A stretch of DNA of 64,000 nucleotides. It comes from Balanoglossus misakiensis (Eukaryota > Animalia > Hemichordata). A model generated the notes under the pieces. It searched no databases. It had not been told where the DNA came from and saw only the letters and a list, made by a program, of their open reading frames with translations. Where the stretch lies: the NCBI GenBank assembly GCA_040954595.2, contig CM082580.2:3586783-3650782 (forward strand). Direction: 5' to 3'. Positions 1-23,854 of the stretch are shown here, piece by piece. The stretch's first letter is position 1, and each line of letters begins with the position of its first letter. Position numbers and translations under genes: made by a program.

Positions 1-187
1 TATATTAAGCTATCTGACAAAAGCATGTAGCTAGAACATGAGTATATAGGGCCAAGCGATTAGTTTAAATAGTAATTTGCAGTTATGGTCATCAGACTGC
101 CCCAGTCATCAATTGGCCATAAATCAACGGTCACTATCATCAACTCAGTTCTGATCACAGTGAGCACTTCGCCTTCTATTTTCACAG

Positions 188-13267
<13,080 letters not shown>

Positions 13268-15163
13268 ACAGGCGAATCTTCAATGGAGAAAAAAAAACAC
13301 GTTGACATCAAGAAGTCTCCTGAAGTATAAAGAAAAATTCATCAAAGGGCATAGTGCTCACTCACTATACGTACAATTTTCAATACTGAGTCAACAAACA
13401 GTATATTGAACCTTGGGGGTTTTAGGGTGTATTTTTATGAATTAAGTCTTTAATGTGTTCTGCTTTCTTTGTGAGTCACATTCCTGTATTGATCAGACAT
13501 GTCATGTTTTCTATTTGTTTAACTAAATTTATAAAATTTCGAGCAGCCGAGTCCTATTTAAACAAATGCTGATTAATAACACATTCAGTCCAAACGTGCC
13601 AGACTTACAATTTGCATATTTACCCATTTACGTAGTACATAGACATGCCTACACATAGCCACTTTAGTAATTAATAAGAGATCCACTCTACCAGTATTAT
13701 TGCATTAATTGTAGCTGGGGATTTCATCTTCCCATATGTATGTATTAGAATGTCCTTCTGAATGTAATCCATTGTAAAAAGAATTCTTGTATTTTTGTAA
13801 GTTTGATGAACTTTAATGACACGTGTTGGAGAAATTTTCTATCTACATGTATCATGTAAATCGAGGCATTTAGAGCAAATAAATGATTTTGTAGAATTAG
13901 TGTATAGACTAGTTTTGTTCCGTTCGTGGAATATTGGACATCAGACACCATTTCATACATACGGACCAATTTTTTTCATACCTCATAAAAATTATTAACA
14001 TTTTCATAAAATACCGCATTGTAAACTTTATATCAGAAAACTCTCTAAAACTATTAAAGCTTGTTGGTGGTCTTAGTTGGCAATATTTCAGAGGTTTAAC
14101 ACAGCACGCAACTCATATCAGATGAATTGTAATCCAATCTTAAGGATGTACACACAGACAAAGTGTTTGTGTTCAAGCGTTTGAATTATTAAAATTCTTA
14201 AACTAGTGTTTTCCTTCAACGGATGAGTTCAGCATATTGCCGGCTGTCACCAAGCAACCCTTCAGTCGATCATCGATATACGATTTATGGATTTCCGAAC
14301 TCAGAATGCTCTTTTTGGAGTAACAATTTCCCCAAACCCGAGTCATGAGTGAGTTGTTTCGAAAAAATGGCAACCGCAGACTTTGAAACCATTCTGCAGC
14401 TAATCGTCCTATACCTACAGAGTGTCACCGATGACAGCGCCATCATCGTATGCGCCTGAAGTACTCCCTGAAGTATGGACACAAAGGGACGACGATTCAG
14501 ATATTTTAAATTTTCACATTGTCCCAGATTCATATCCGACAAGATCGCCAAAATTTGTTTTGCAGTCTTTCCAAAACCCTGCCGATCGATATTTGACCTG
14601 CTCTTTGTAAAATCGTTGTTTTAGCTTTGATAACCGACCTACAGTTTAACGGATGATGATAAGGGGCGATGGATCTCGATAGCATCATATGGACGGATAT
14701 CATGTTTTTATGTAGACTCTGTACAGATAGTCGAACTCTGGTTGCCTGAATTCCTGCCATATCGCGTTTGAATGAGGATCAGAAGTCATGATGTCAGTGT
14801 CCTCTTTCTTTTTTCGGTGATTTCTCAATCCAATTCGTTCAAGTGTAGTATACGGCTTGCATAAATTAAAACAGACTGTCAACCAAACACAACGATGTAT
14901 TTGTGGCCATGTAATGTTAGCTGTTTTTACAGCTAAAGGCTGGGTGTCGTCCCGTCAACGGTATGGCGCAAAGTGTCAATTCATGTTACACTGTATAGTA
15001 AACAGTGCGTCGTTACTTTTTAACACATCTCCAATTTACGTTGATAAAATGTTTTGGTTGACACGGCCTCCCTGAACAATGCCGATTGTGTATTTATAAA
15101 TAGAAAAGTCGCGCCACATGTGCAGTTCAGAAAAATAAAGATAAACAGGACACAGACAACGTA

Positions 15164-15247
15164 AGGCCGAGTTACACGAGGCAACTCGGTAGGCAACTAG
15201 ACGCGCAACCCGAGTTGCCTGCCGAGTTGCCTCGTGTAACTCGGCCT
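15164..15247. mobile_element. PIF/Harbinger-like palindromic MITE
   Basis: aggccgagttacacgaggcaactcgg / ccgagttgcctcgtgtaactcggcct, flanked by gta/tta (TWA-like). Confidence 0.75.
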
Positions 15248-16249
15248 TTATGACGACACTGTATTCCAAATCATCTAAGGGTACCGAGAAAGTATAAAAT
15301 GAAAGCAAACCAGGCCTCATTATCATTACCACTCATGGTAAGCAAATTATTAGGTCTAAGAAAGAAATGGGAGATGACAATAACAACAGGACCGACCACC
15401 TTGAACCACTTCTTAGTGACAGTACCAGGTGTGCAGAATTCATAAGCGCAACGTGATAGCTTGTTACTCTTGTCAAGACTAATCCAAAGGGACAAATTTT
15501 TCATCCAATTAAACCACTAACGTTACTTATTAAGGTAGGAACTTTGTCATTCATCATCTGAGTTACAGATGTGTAATACACATCCACTATAGAACTTGTT
15601 GAAAATTTAAACAAGCAACTGTCCCTGTCTCGTCTTTGTGGATGTGAATATTTGTCAAACGCAGTGTTGATACCAGCCCCGGTTCCAATATACAGTAGAC
15701 ATAACAGATCTTCGAGGGCCTTTGGTAAAATATGTCACAGTAAATAGAACGTATGTTTTAAACAATATTGTAAACATAATATTTATTCATTGCGGTAATT
15801 TATGTAGTCTTATCAATCCACGCTTTTTTCCGAGGCTTTTGTCATTCCAAGCATTTAGGTGGCCAAATCGTATCTATTCTCTTGTGGATGAAGTCGCCGT
15901 ACAAGACGACCTCTATCGTTAGATTTTATGAAGTCAGTCAGTCTGCACCCTGTGGTCTGCACTTGTATTGGCATGCCATAGCGCCCCCAAGTGACGAAGT
16001 TGGAGGACGTTCACTCACATTAACGTAGTCTTGGTGATTTCAAGTCAGTTTAACAGACTTTACAAGAAAACCTCGAAAAACAAATGTGGCGTGTACCGCA
16101 TACACTTAGCTTCTGGACTGTAGTTCGCGTGAACATGATACAAGATACGACAGAGAAGTGAAATCAACGGAAAATGAGCAGCTTCAGTGGCGTGTTACAT
16201 AATTATTGGTATGCGATGGGAAAAGCGTCTAAAAATGAGAAATTTATTC

Positions 16250-17680
16250 GGCTATCACGGCATGGTCACCAGGGGGTCAGTCGGACGTCGGAGACTATAC
16301 GGTTGCGATACTTTTGGAAGAACACGATTAAAGACGTCACTGATTACTTAAACTCATGCGTACAATAAGTTGCCTTTCGGGAAAGCGCGGTACACGCGGC
16401 AACGCCCCTTTACTTCCAATCCCTGTAGCTTCGGTTATGCAACGAATGGGCGTCGATTTCTTAGGTCCCTTGAAACAAACGAAGCGAGGTAATAAATATA
16501 TACTGGTGTTTACCGAGTACCTGACTAAATTTAGTTTAGCGTTTGCAACGGCAGATATGGAGGCTGCGACTGTAGCAAGAATTATGTTTGAACAGGTCCT
16601 TTGTTTATTCGGTTTCCCTAGCATTTTAATTTCGGATCAAGGATCGGCATTCATGTCTCAGATAGTACGGGCAATTTGCCGATACTTTGAAATTACAATA
16701 AAAGACAACCAACCCTTACCATCCACGCACAAATAGAATGTATGAGAGACAGAATTCCAGTATTTTGAGCATGTTGTCCATGTGTATTTCAGAAAGAGAG
16801 GATGATTGGGATATGTATTTGGCCTCCGTGATGTTTGCATATCGAGTCCACACGAGAGCACTGGAATCAGCCCTTTTCGAGTCATGTTCGGTAGCGAAGT
16901 TCGACTTCCAATTGACGTAGAAATCTTGCCACAGCCAGGGAAATCGCGAAATATCGATTTCCATTTGGAAGACTTGGCTCAGAAAAGAAACGTAGCGGTC
17001 GGTCTAGCTTACGAGAATATAGAATGTACAAACCGCGATGAAGGACAGATCGGAAAGAAAAGAACATCGTAAAGTTCAAAGTAGGCGTTACTGTCCAGCC
17101 GTGACAGTCCCAAGTTTGCTCATAAATACGGGGGACTATAAAGAATTAGTGCCCAGGTGCACGTGTCCCAGGTATATATTACCGTTCAAAATATATCGAT
17201 GATGGAAAACCGTATTCGAATGTCGTTCATGTGAACAGAGTAAAGTTCGCAAACTTACGCCCTGAGCGACTTTTGGAGTCACAATCACCCCAGTGGGTCT
17301 ATAGCGTGGATGAAAGCGAATCAGACATCGACGTGGGCAACGCGCCCGAAAGACAAAACCAGATTGATTATCATTTGGATTCAGACACCGACGGACATTT
17401 ATTATAGCGTCAGCGAATCACCCGAGGAAATTACTGAACGATACCCAGATAGAAAGAATGCGGAGACGCTGCGCAATTCGTAAGCGCGCCGAGAAAAGGT
17501 TAAGTCAGAAGTGAAATACACACAACGGAGATAGTGAATGCTCAGATTGGGATAAAGACAGGTATTTTGGCATCGAGAAGATTGAGAAATGTACTACCGT
17601 AATGGAAGAGTAGAAAACTAAAATGGCGTGGTTACGATTCTAAACATGTTACTTGGCCTTGGAAACTTGAGTTTGAAGTC
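16250..17680 (+). mobile_element. Decayed Ty3/Gypsy pol fragment: zinc-binding domain, DDE integrase and C-terminal chromodomain
   Basis: GHQGVSRTSETIRLRYFW...C (HHCC region), GVDFLGPL..TKRGNKYILVFTEYLTKF, ISDQGSAFMS, YHPRTN..ER, DDWDMYLASVMFAY, HESTGISPFRVMFG..VRLP, VVHVNRVK, and KWRGYDSKHVTW (chromodomain-like, ~17560-17660). Several frameshifts and stops; no RT, RNase H or LTRs recognised. Confidence 0.88.
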
Positions 17681-18095
17681 CGACCATGTACCGATTACAG
17701 GGACGCCGACTCGTAAAATTCGGCAAATATGAAAAAGAAACTTCACTGTCGTAAAGATTAATTTCTATTGTCAATATGATTCTCGTTTAAGTTGCGAGTA
17801 ATCAAACATAGCTTGATCCCTATGTTCATAGCCCGTTATTTACTCTACCCTCTTCTCTTGCGTAAGTTTAGCGGCTAGATGCCCTTTTACTGATAAAAAA
17901 ATCGCGTTTAGGTTAATAACACCCTGAGAAAAGTAAATCGTACTACATGTATATTGAAAATTTGCATTTTAGTGTTCGCGAGTAAACCTAGCCAGTCAAA
18001 CTTGCACCAGTATCAGGTACGGCATGATGACAAGCGTAGCCTCCTGAGATATTCCTCCATCTTGGCTTTCATCGTTGATGGGGTCAACGCCTTGC

Positions 18096-18163
18096 TAGTC
18101 TAGCATCTAGCCGTATTTTGTCAGCTTTGAAAAGCTGACAATATTCGGTTATAGACAAGACTA
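18096..18163. mobile_element. Older degenerate hairpin MITE related to 21073-21172
   Basis: tagtctagcatctagccgtattttgtcagcttt / aaagctgacaatattcggtta..agacta; shares ctagccgtatttt with the 21073 element; TSD degenerate. Confidence 0.5.
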
Positions 18164-18235
18164 ACCCTAGCTATTAATATTGGCAATCATGTAGGTGCTA
18201 TATCATTTGGGACTAATGATATACTGTTAATCAAA

Positions 18236-19660
18236 ATGGGTGTATCCGTTAACCGAGTCCCTAACGCTGAATTTTGTGTGTGTTCGTGCAGGTTTGTCAA
18301 TTTTGATTTGCAGAGCGACCGAAATACCCTTTATGTGCGTATGCCTTGTTCCAGGGTCGTCATGACGATGTCCTTCGATTATGTAACCCACAACTGTATA
18401 GTTATGCGTTCCTATGAACTTCCAGTTGCTCAAGTTATTCAAGGTTCACAAGTATTGTTGCAAGGTCTTTATGTCTCTTGGAATATATCCTGTCCATTCA
18501 AACCACCGAAAACAATTTCAGGTTGTACGTTTTGGCTTATTGCAGTCCCTTGTGGGTGTGTTATAACTTCCGACTGCTATTACATCGATACATTGGGTAT
18601 CGATTGCCAACCACATGAATTGGAGTATGTGCATAAGATGAACTTCCCATTTTTGTTGAGCTTGTATAATGACATCTTTCTTTTCCCTTCATACAATTAT
18701 TCTTCTGATGCCCCATGGTCTATCGAATTACTTGATGTAGATGTCGTTGAAGGTCGATGGTCTCGTGCGTTAAACCGTGATAAAGGGTAAATGTTTGACC
18801 TCGATGCTATGGCTGAAACGATGAAGAAACATTCACAGGTATTTGTTAATCCCCTGGATCAGTACGCCTATGAGACGTCCCTGTTTGAGAATGCCCCTTG
18901 GATAAATAAAGTGTCTACGTTCGTGCTCCCTGTGATGACTGTACTATCGATCATAACGTTTATTGTAGCGTTGTATGGTCTGATGCGTGTACAACGGTTA
19001 TGGTCTAAGTTGACGTCCCTCGGGTGTCTACCTGTAGCTAAGGCTGATGATCCATATGTGATTCCATGGTCCCGTACGACCACATCGCCCGAGGAACCAA
19101 CACGGTCGTTAGCTGATATCATTTCGGATAGTCATGTGTCCGTATTTGGAATTAGTGTTGGTACGGTTGGTATATGTGTTTTGGCCCTTATTGTGTGTTA
19201 TTGTTGTTATAAGTGGTTCCGACGCAGGTCGTCTGGTTCCGCTAGAAATAACACTGAGGATTCTACTCCCCTACGAGAGTCTCAAGGCGAAAGTCTGGTC
19301 GTTATGGTTACCGTTGCTGTCCAGTGGGAACCTGATGTTGTGTCTGTGGGTTGTCAACATACACCAGCTACTGCAGATATTGGTGTAGCTACCCAAAAAG
19401 TCACATTCCAAGATGGCCCGCATCCTGTTCGCCCCCTTGTCTATGACCCTGTTCCTCCCGTTTCACGTCGTTCTCTAGAAACCGTCCTGGCCAGTTTAAA
19501 TATCGACACCAGGGATTTTCCTAACATTCCCCCTCCTAGAGTTTCGACTGAGGCCCCTGATATTAATGATAGTCCCAACGAAGAATATCATGATGATCAG
19601 GGATTATTACAAACAAGTAATGATGCCTCTCGATCTCCGACGTACTGGCCAAGGTTTTAA
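18236..19660 (+). mobile_element. env-like (fusion glycoprotein-like) region of the Gypsy element: Cys-rich ORF 18236-18790 in frame with membrane ORF 18791-19660
   Basis: Lies downstream of the integrase on the same strand. Cys-rich CTFWLIAVPCGCVITSDCYYI..C segment, N-glycosylation sequons (NIS, NYS), TM-like FVLPVMTVLSIITFIVALYGLM, second TM-like VFGISVGTVGICVLALIVCYCCY followed by KWFRRR. The env assignment is inferred from position and architecture. Confidence 0.6.
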
Positions 19661-19905
19661 GGGTTTGATCATATGATTATTAATAAATTACGTTGAAAAT
19701 GTTTCAAGTAGATTTTCCCGTATGTTACTTTAGTAAATAGAAATGATGTATCTTAGATTTTAGTATTCATATTATTTAGTATTTTATATCCATTTCTAAT
19801 ATTTTATATACGTTATTACTATGTTAGCCATTATTTACCCAAACTAACCACTTATTGTATTTTCTTTAATTTCTTGAGATATCTAGATTGTACGAGAATA
19901 TTTTA

Positions 19906-21255
19906 TCTAGGAGGGGGGATGTTAGGAAAATCCCTGTTGTCGATATTTAAACTGGCCAGGACGGTTTCTAGAGAACGACGTGAAACGGGAGGAACAGGGT
20001 CATAGACAAGGGGGCGAACAGGATGCGGGCCATCTTGGAATGTGACTTTTTGGGTAGCTACACCAATATCTGCAGTAGCTGGTGTATGTTGACAACCCAC
20101 AGACACAACATCAGGTTCCCACTGGACAGCAACGGTAACCATAACAACCGGACTTTCGCCTTGAGACTCTCGTAGGGGAGTAGAATCCTCAGTGTTATTT
20201 CTAGCGGAACCAGACGACCTGCATCGGAACCGCTTACCATAACACCTGTAACAACAACAATAACATACAATAAGGGCCAAAAGACACATACCAACCGTAC
20301 CAACACTAATTCCAAATACGGACACATGACTATCCGAAATGATATCAGCTAACGACCGTGTTGGTTCCTCGGGCGACGTGGTCGTACGGGACCATGGAAT
20401 ATAACCGAGGGACGTCAACTTAGACCATAACCGTTGTACACGCATCAGACCATACAACGCTACAATAAAAGTTATGATCGACAGTACAGTCATCACAGAG
20501 AGCACGAACGTAGACACTTGATTGATCCACGGGGCATTCTCGAACAGGGACGTCTGATAGGCGTACTGATCCAGGGGATTAACAAAGACCTGGGAATGTT
20601 TCTTCATCGTTTCAGCCATAGCATCGAGGTCAAACATTTACCCTTTATCACGGTTTAACGCACGAGACCATCGACCTTCAACGACATCTACATCAAGTAA
20701 TTAGATAGACCATGGGGCATCAGAAGAATAATTGTATGAAGGGAAAAGAAAGGTGTCATTATACAAGCTCAACAAAAAGGGGAAGTTCATCTTATGCACA
20801 TACTCCAATTCATGAGGTTGGCAATCGATATCCAATGTATCGATGTAGTAGCAGTCGGAAGTTAAAACACACCCACAAGGCACTGCAATAAAACAAAACG
20901 TACAACCTGCAATTCTTTTCGGTGGTTTGGATGGACAGGATATATTCCAAGAGACATAAAGACCTTGCAGTAACACTTGGGATCCTAAATAACTTGAGCA
21001 ACTGGAAGTTCATGGGAACGGATGACTAGTTGTGGGTTACATCATGATCGAAGGGCATAGTCTTGACCACCCTAGCCTAGTACCTAGCCGTATTTTCTCC
21101 GCTTTGCTTCCAAAACTTGTTAGTTTTGGAAGCAAAGCGGACAAAATACGGCTAGGTAAATGTACTAGGCAATGACCACCCTGAAACAATGCATGCGCAC
21201 ATGATGGGTATTTCGATCGGAACATTGCGAAAGATGACCTGCAAATCAAAACCAC
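19906..21255 (-). repeat. Inverted duplicate of ~18298-19540 (env-like region); contains ORF 19903-20637
   Basis: The reverse complement aligns along its length with the first copy; ORFs 18791+ and 20637- are near-identical proteins. Interrupted by a MITE at 21073-21172. Confidence 0.95.
21073..21172. mobile_element. Hairpin MITE with 9-bp TSD (TGACCACCC) inserted in the second env-like copy
   Basis: tagcctagtac..cctagccgtatttt..cgctttgcttccaaaact / agttttggaagcaaagcgg..aaatacggctagg..gtactaggcaa; TSD at 21064-21072 and 21173-21181; the corresponding site in copy 1 (~18353-18362) is empty. Confidence 0.92.
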
Positions 21256-21264
21256 CAAATTGTT

Positions 21265-21337
21265 ACCCTCAACCTTCGGACGTTTACCTCGTCGGGACTT
21301 CTTTGGGGGGAATCAGCCACGTCCGAAGGCTGAGAGT
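21265..21337. repeat. Short inverted-repeat (MITE-like) element next to the outer end of the inverted duplication
   Basis: accctcaaccttcggacgt / acgtccgaaggctgagagt; no clear TSD. Confidence 0.55.
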
Positions 21338-23854
21338 GTAAAATCTCTCCATCTCCACCCAACATCTTCACAGACTAGAGGTACCCGGCAAATCGTAAAC
21401 CTTTCGTAGACAAAGACTTACAACATGTTTTCCTAGTAAGACAAAATTCGGGTTTATTACTGGTCACACCTTAGAATTACTCGACTCGATCCATGCTCGT
21501 TGACGCCCGTCACGGAGCTAAATCTGGTAATGATGTGATCCCAATATCTCACCACACCTTATTAACATATTAGTCAAATATTAAGTCATAAAAGTAACAC
21601 GTCATCTTAATATTTCTTAACTTGAATAGAGCGCGTGATATCTCTGTGATATCTAGTTCTGACGTGTATCAATAACACAATGTTGATTACTCTGGGTCAA
21701 GTACCTACATGACCTATGTCAATACTGGACAAGTGATAGACTCTCTCAAAGAGTTCGCTGCAAGGTTCTTCACTGACGCGCCCTCAACCGTTTAGCAAAG
21801 GAGAAGCATCATATGTCGTGTAGCGATCAGCTCGCAGGCCCTGCTTCGCTCGGCCTGCGAGGGCGCACATTCAACCAGATACATGTAATAAGTTCAAGGT
21901 CCTGGTTGGAGGTACACGCACTGGGTAAAATTCGTATCGTTACTTTCAGACAGTCTCATAAAACATAGTTTTACTTTTACAAATTGTTTTATAATGAAAT
22001 AGTCCACACTGTATATTCCATTCTTTCCGTTTTAACTAGAAATCACCATATACACATATGGGGTTTTGATGACAGCATAGAAAAACTTTTGTTTTTATTA
22101 CCCGTTATAACGACCATCGGTTGTGCGGGGCTTCAGATAAACCTATCTGAGTAAATTTTCCTAAATCCGTATTTTACACATCGAACACAAATCTGCTGAT
22201 GATGCAGGAAAACGTTTATAGACACAGCTTTCCAGTGATATATAGGTCCCCGGTAAAAGATTTTATTTCGACCGAATTCCGACTGAAATAAGTTGCCACT
22301 ATCGCTATCGCGCAACCTTACATTGTTTACATATTGGATCATGTATTAGGTTCAATCAGTCAGTGCAACACATGTTTTCTCCGACCGCGACCGACTGTCA
22401 TTCAAATCAAATTATTCCTCATTCACGATCCCCCTTAAATGACTTTCGCCAGTGTAGTTAGTGTTATGCTGTTTGTATAATACTGTGACGTCCCCGGCCT
22501 CTTTTGGAAGCAACGACCCTGTTACAAAATAACTCGGTGTAAAGTTGCCAGCCGCGGCTTGTGTAATATTAAACAACCTTTGACCCCGGGAAATCACTCA
22601 CCTGTATCTTGACAGTGCGCTCTGTAAACAGCTCTAGGGGGTGGTGAAGGCAAATGGTGGGTGGAAATATGGACGCAACGTTTTATACTTTCACATTTCT
22701 GTTGATTGGTAAGTACGCGAACTATCTAACAAGGTATCCATGGCGAGGCGACGCCTCTTACACCACAAAATCGAGTTTCATGGGGACACAACGATAATTA
22801 GTCCAGTCTCTGGGCTTGACTAGAAATCACCATATTTCTAAAGCTAACATGATTAGAATTCGCCGCAAGCAAATCATGTTAGTTATTAAGGAGTCATCTT
22901 GAATGCAGTTCGATAATAATCGGAATCCACTCTTTTGGTTGTAAAATAGCTACTGACACATTCTTGAAATAGGATCCTGGGCATTTTGTGGTGACCGATT
23001 TTTGACTGTATAGAGTGCAGAGACCGACAGAAGCAATATGGCCGCTGTGCACCTGTCACGGCTGACATATGGCTCTGCGTTCGCAAAAGTTGTACAATTA
23101 GAAAATCTGAAATCTCTCTGCTGTCTTTCCCGCCAAAATGGCGGCGCAGTGTGTTATCCGACCGGTGGTTTTACTGCTTTAGGCGCACGAGGAGAGCAAA
23201 ACAAACTTTTCCCATTTTGGGCTAAATAAGAAACAGCAGCGATAAGTACCAAAATGAATAACAGATATCGCGAATTCTGGAAAATTTCATAAATTTATGA
23301 TCGACACTATGTAATGATTAAACTATTCAACACTTATTGAGGTGAATATTTTTGTCGAGATGTCACCCACTGCTTCGTCATCTCAGATTTTAAGCGACTA
23401 AACCGATTAAAATTAAACCAGTTAATCATTTATGAAATCGGTGTCCCCTCGTAACCTCACCACGTCGCCATATTGAAAACATGACAGAAGGACTGAATAC
23501 GCCTTGATAATATAAACCGTATAGTTTCAATATAATTGGCTATGGTGCAAGTGTATGGCGCAGATTTCTTTTTACTCAGGTGGAATCCAGTCGCCAACAT
23601 CATGTGAGCATGTGACCTTGGTGAAACACCCGACACAATGGCAGTTAAATATAGATTTTTTATCTGAAATGTAAAATCAAACAAAGTAGGAAACCAGGTC
23701 ACGTCATGAAAAGTGGGCCAAATTGAATAGTTCAAACGGAATAAGATAGAAAACCAGAGTTGATTTTTTGCTTATCAGGTTGGGAGGACGGTGACGTACG
23801 TACGCATTTATACTTAAGCTTAACCCAAAATTACATCTACAATCAAACGCGACC

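Noticed and set aside
14200-14900. Stretch with several short ORFs on both strands that looks coding-like
   Set aside because: Multiple stops, no recognisable domain and no consistent splice sites. It could be a decayed TE or pseudogene; tblastx would be needed.
15500-21500. LTRs bounding the Gypsy remnant
   Set aside because: No direct repeats with TG..CA ends, PBS or PPT could be identified by eye.
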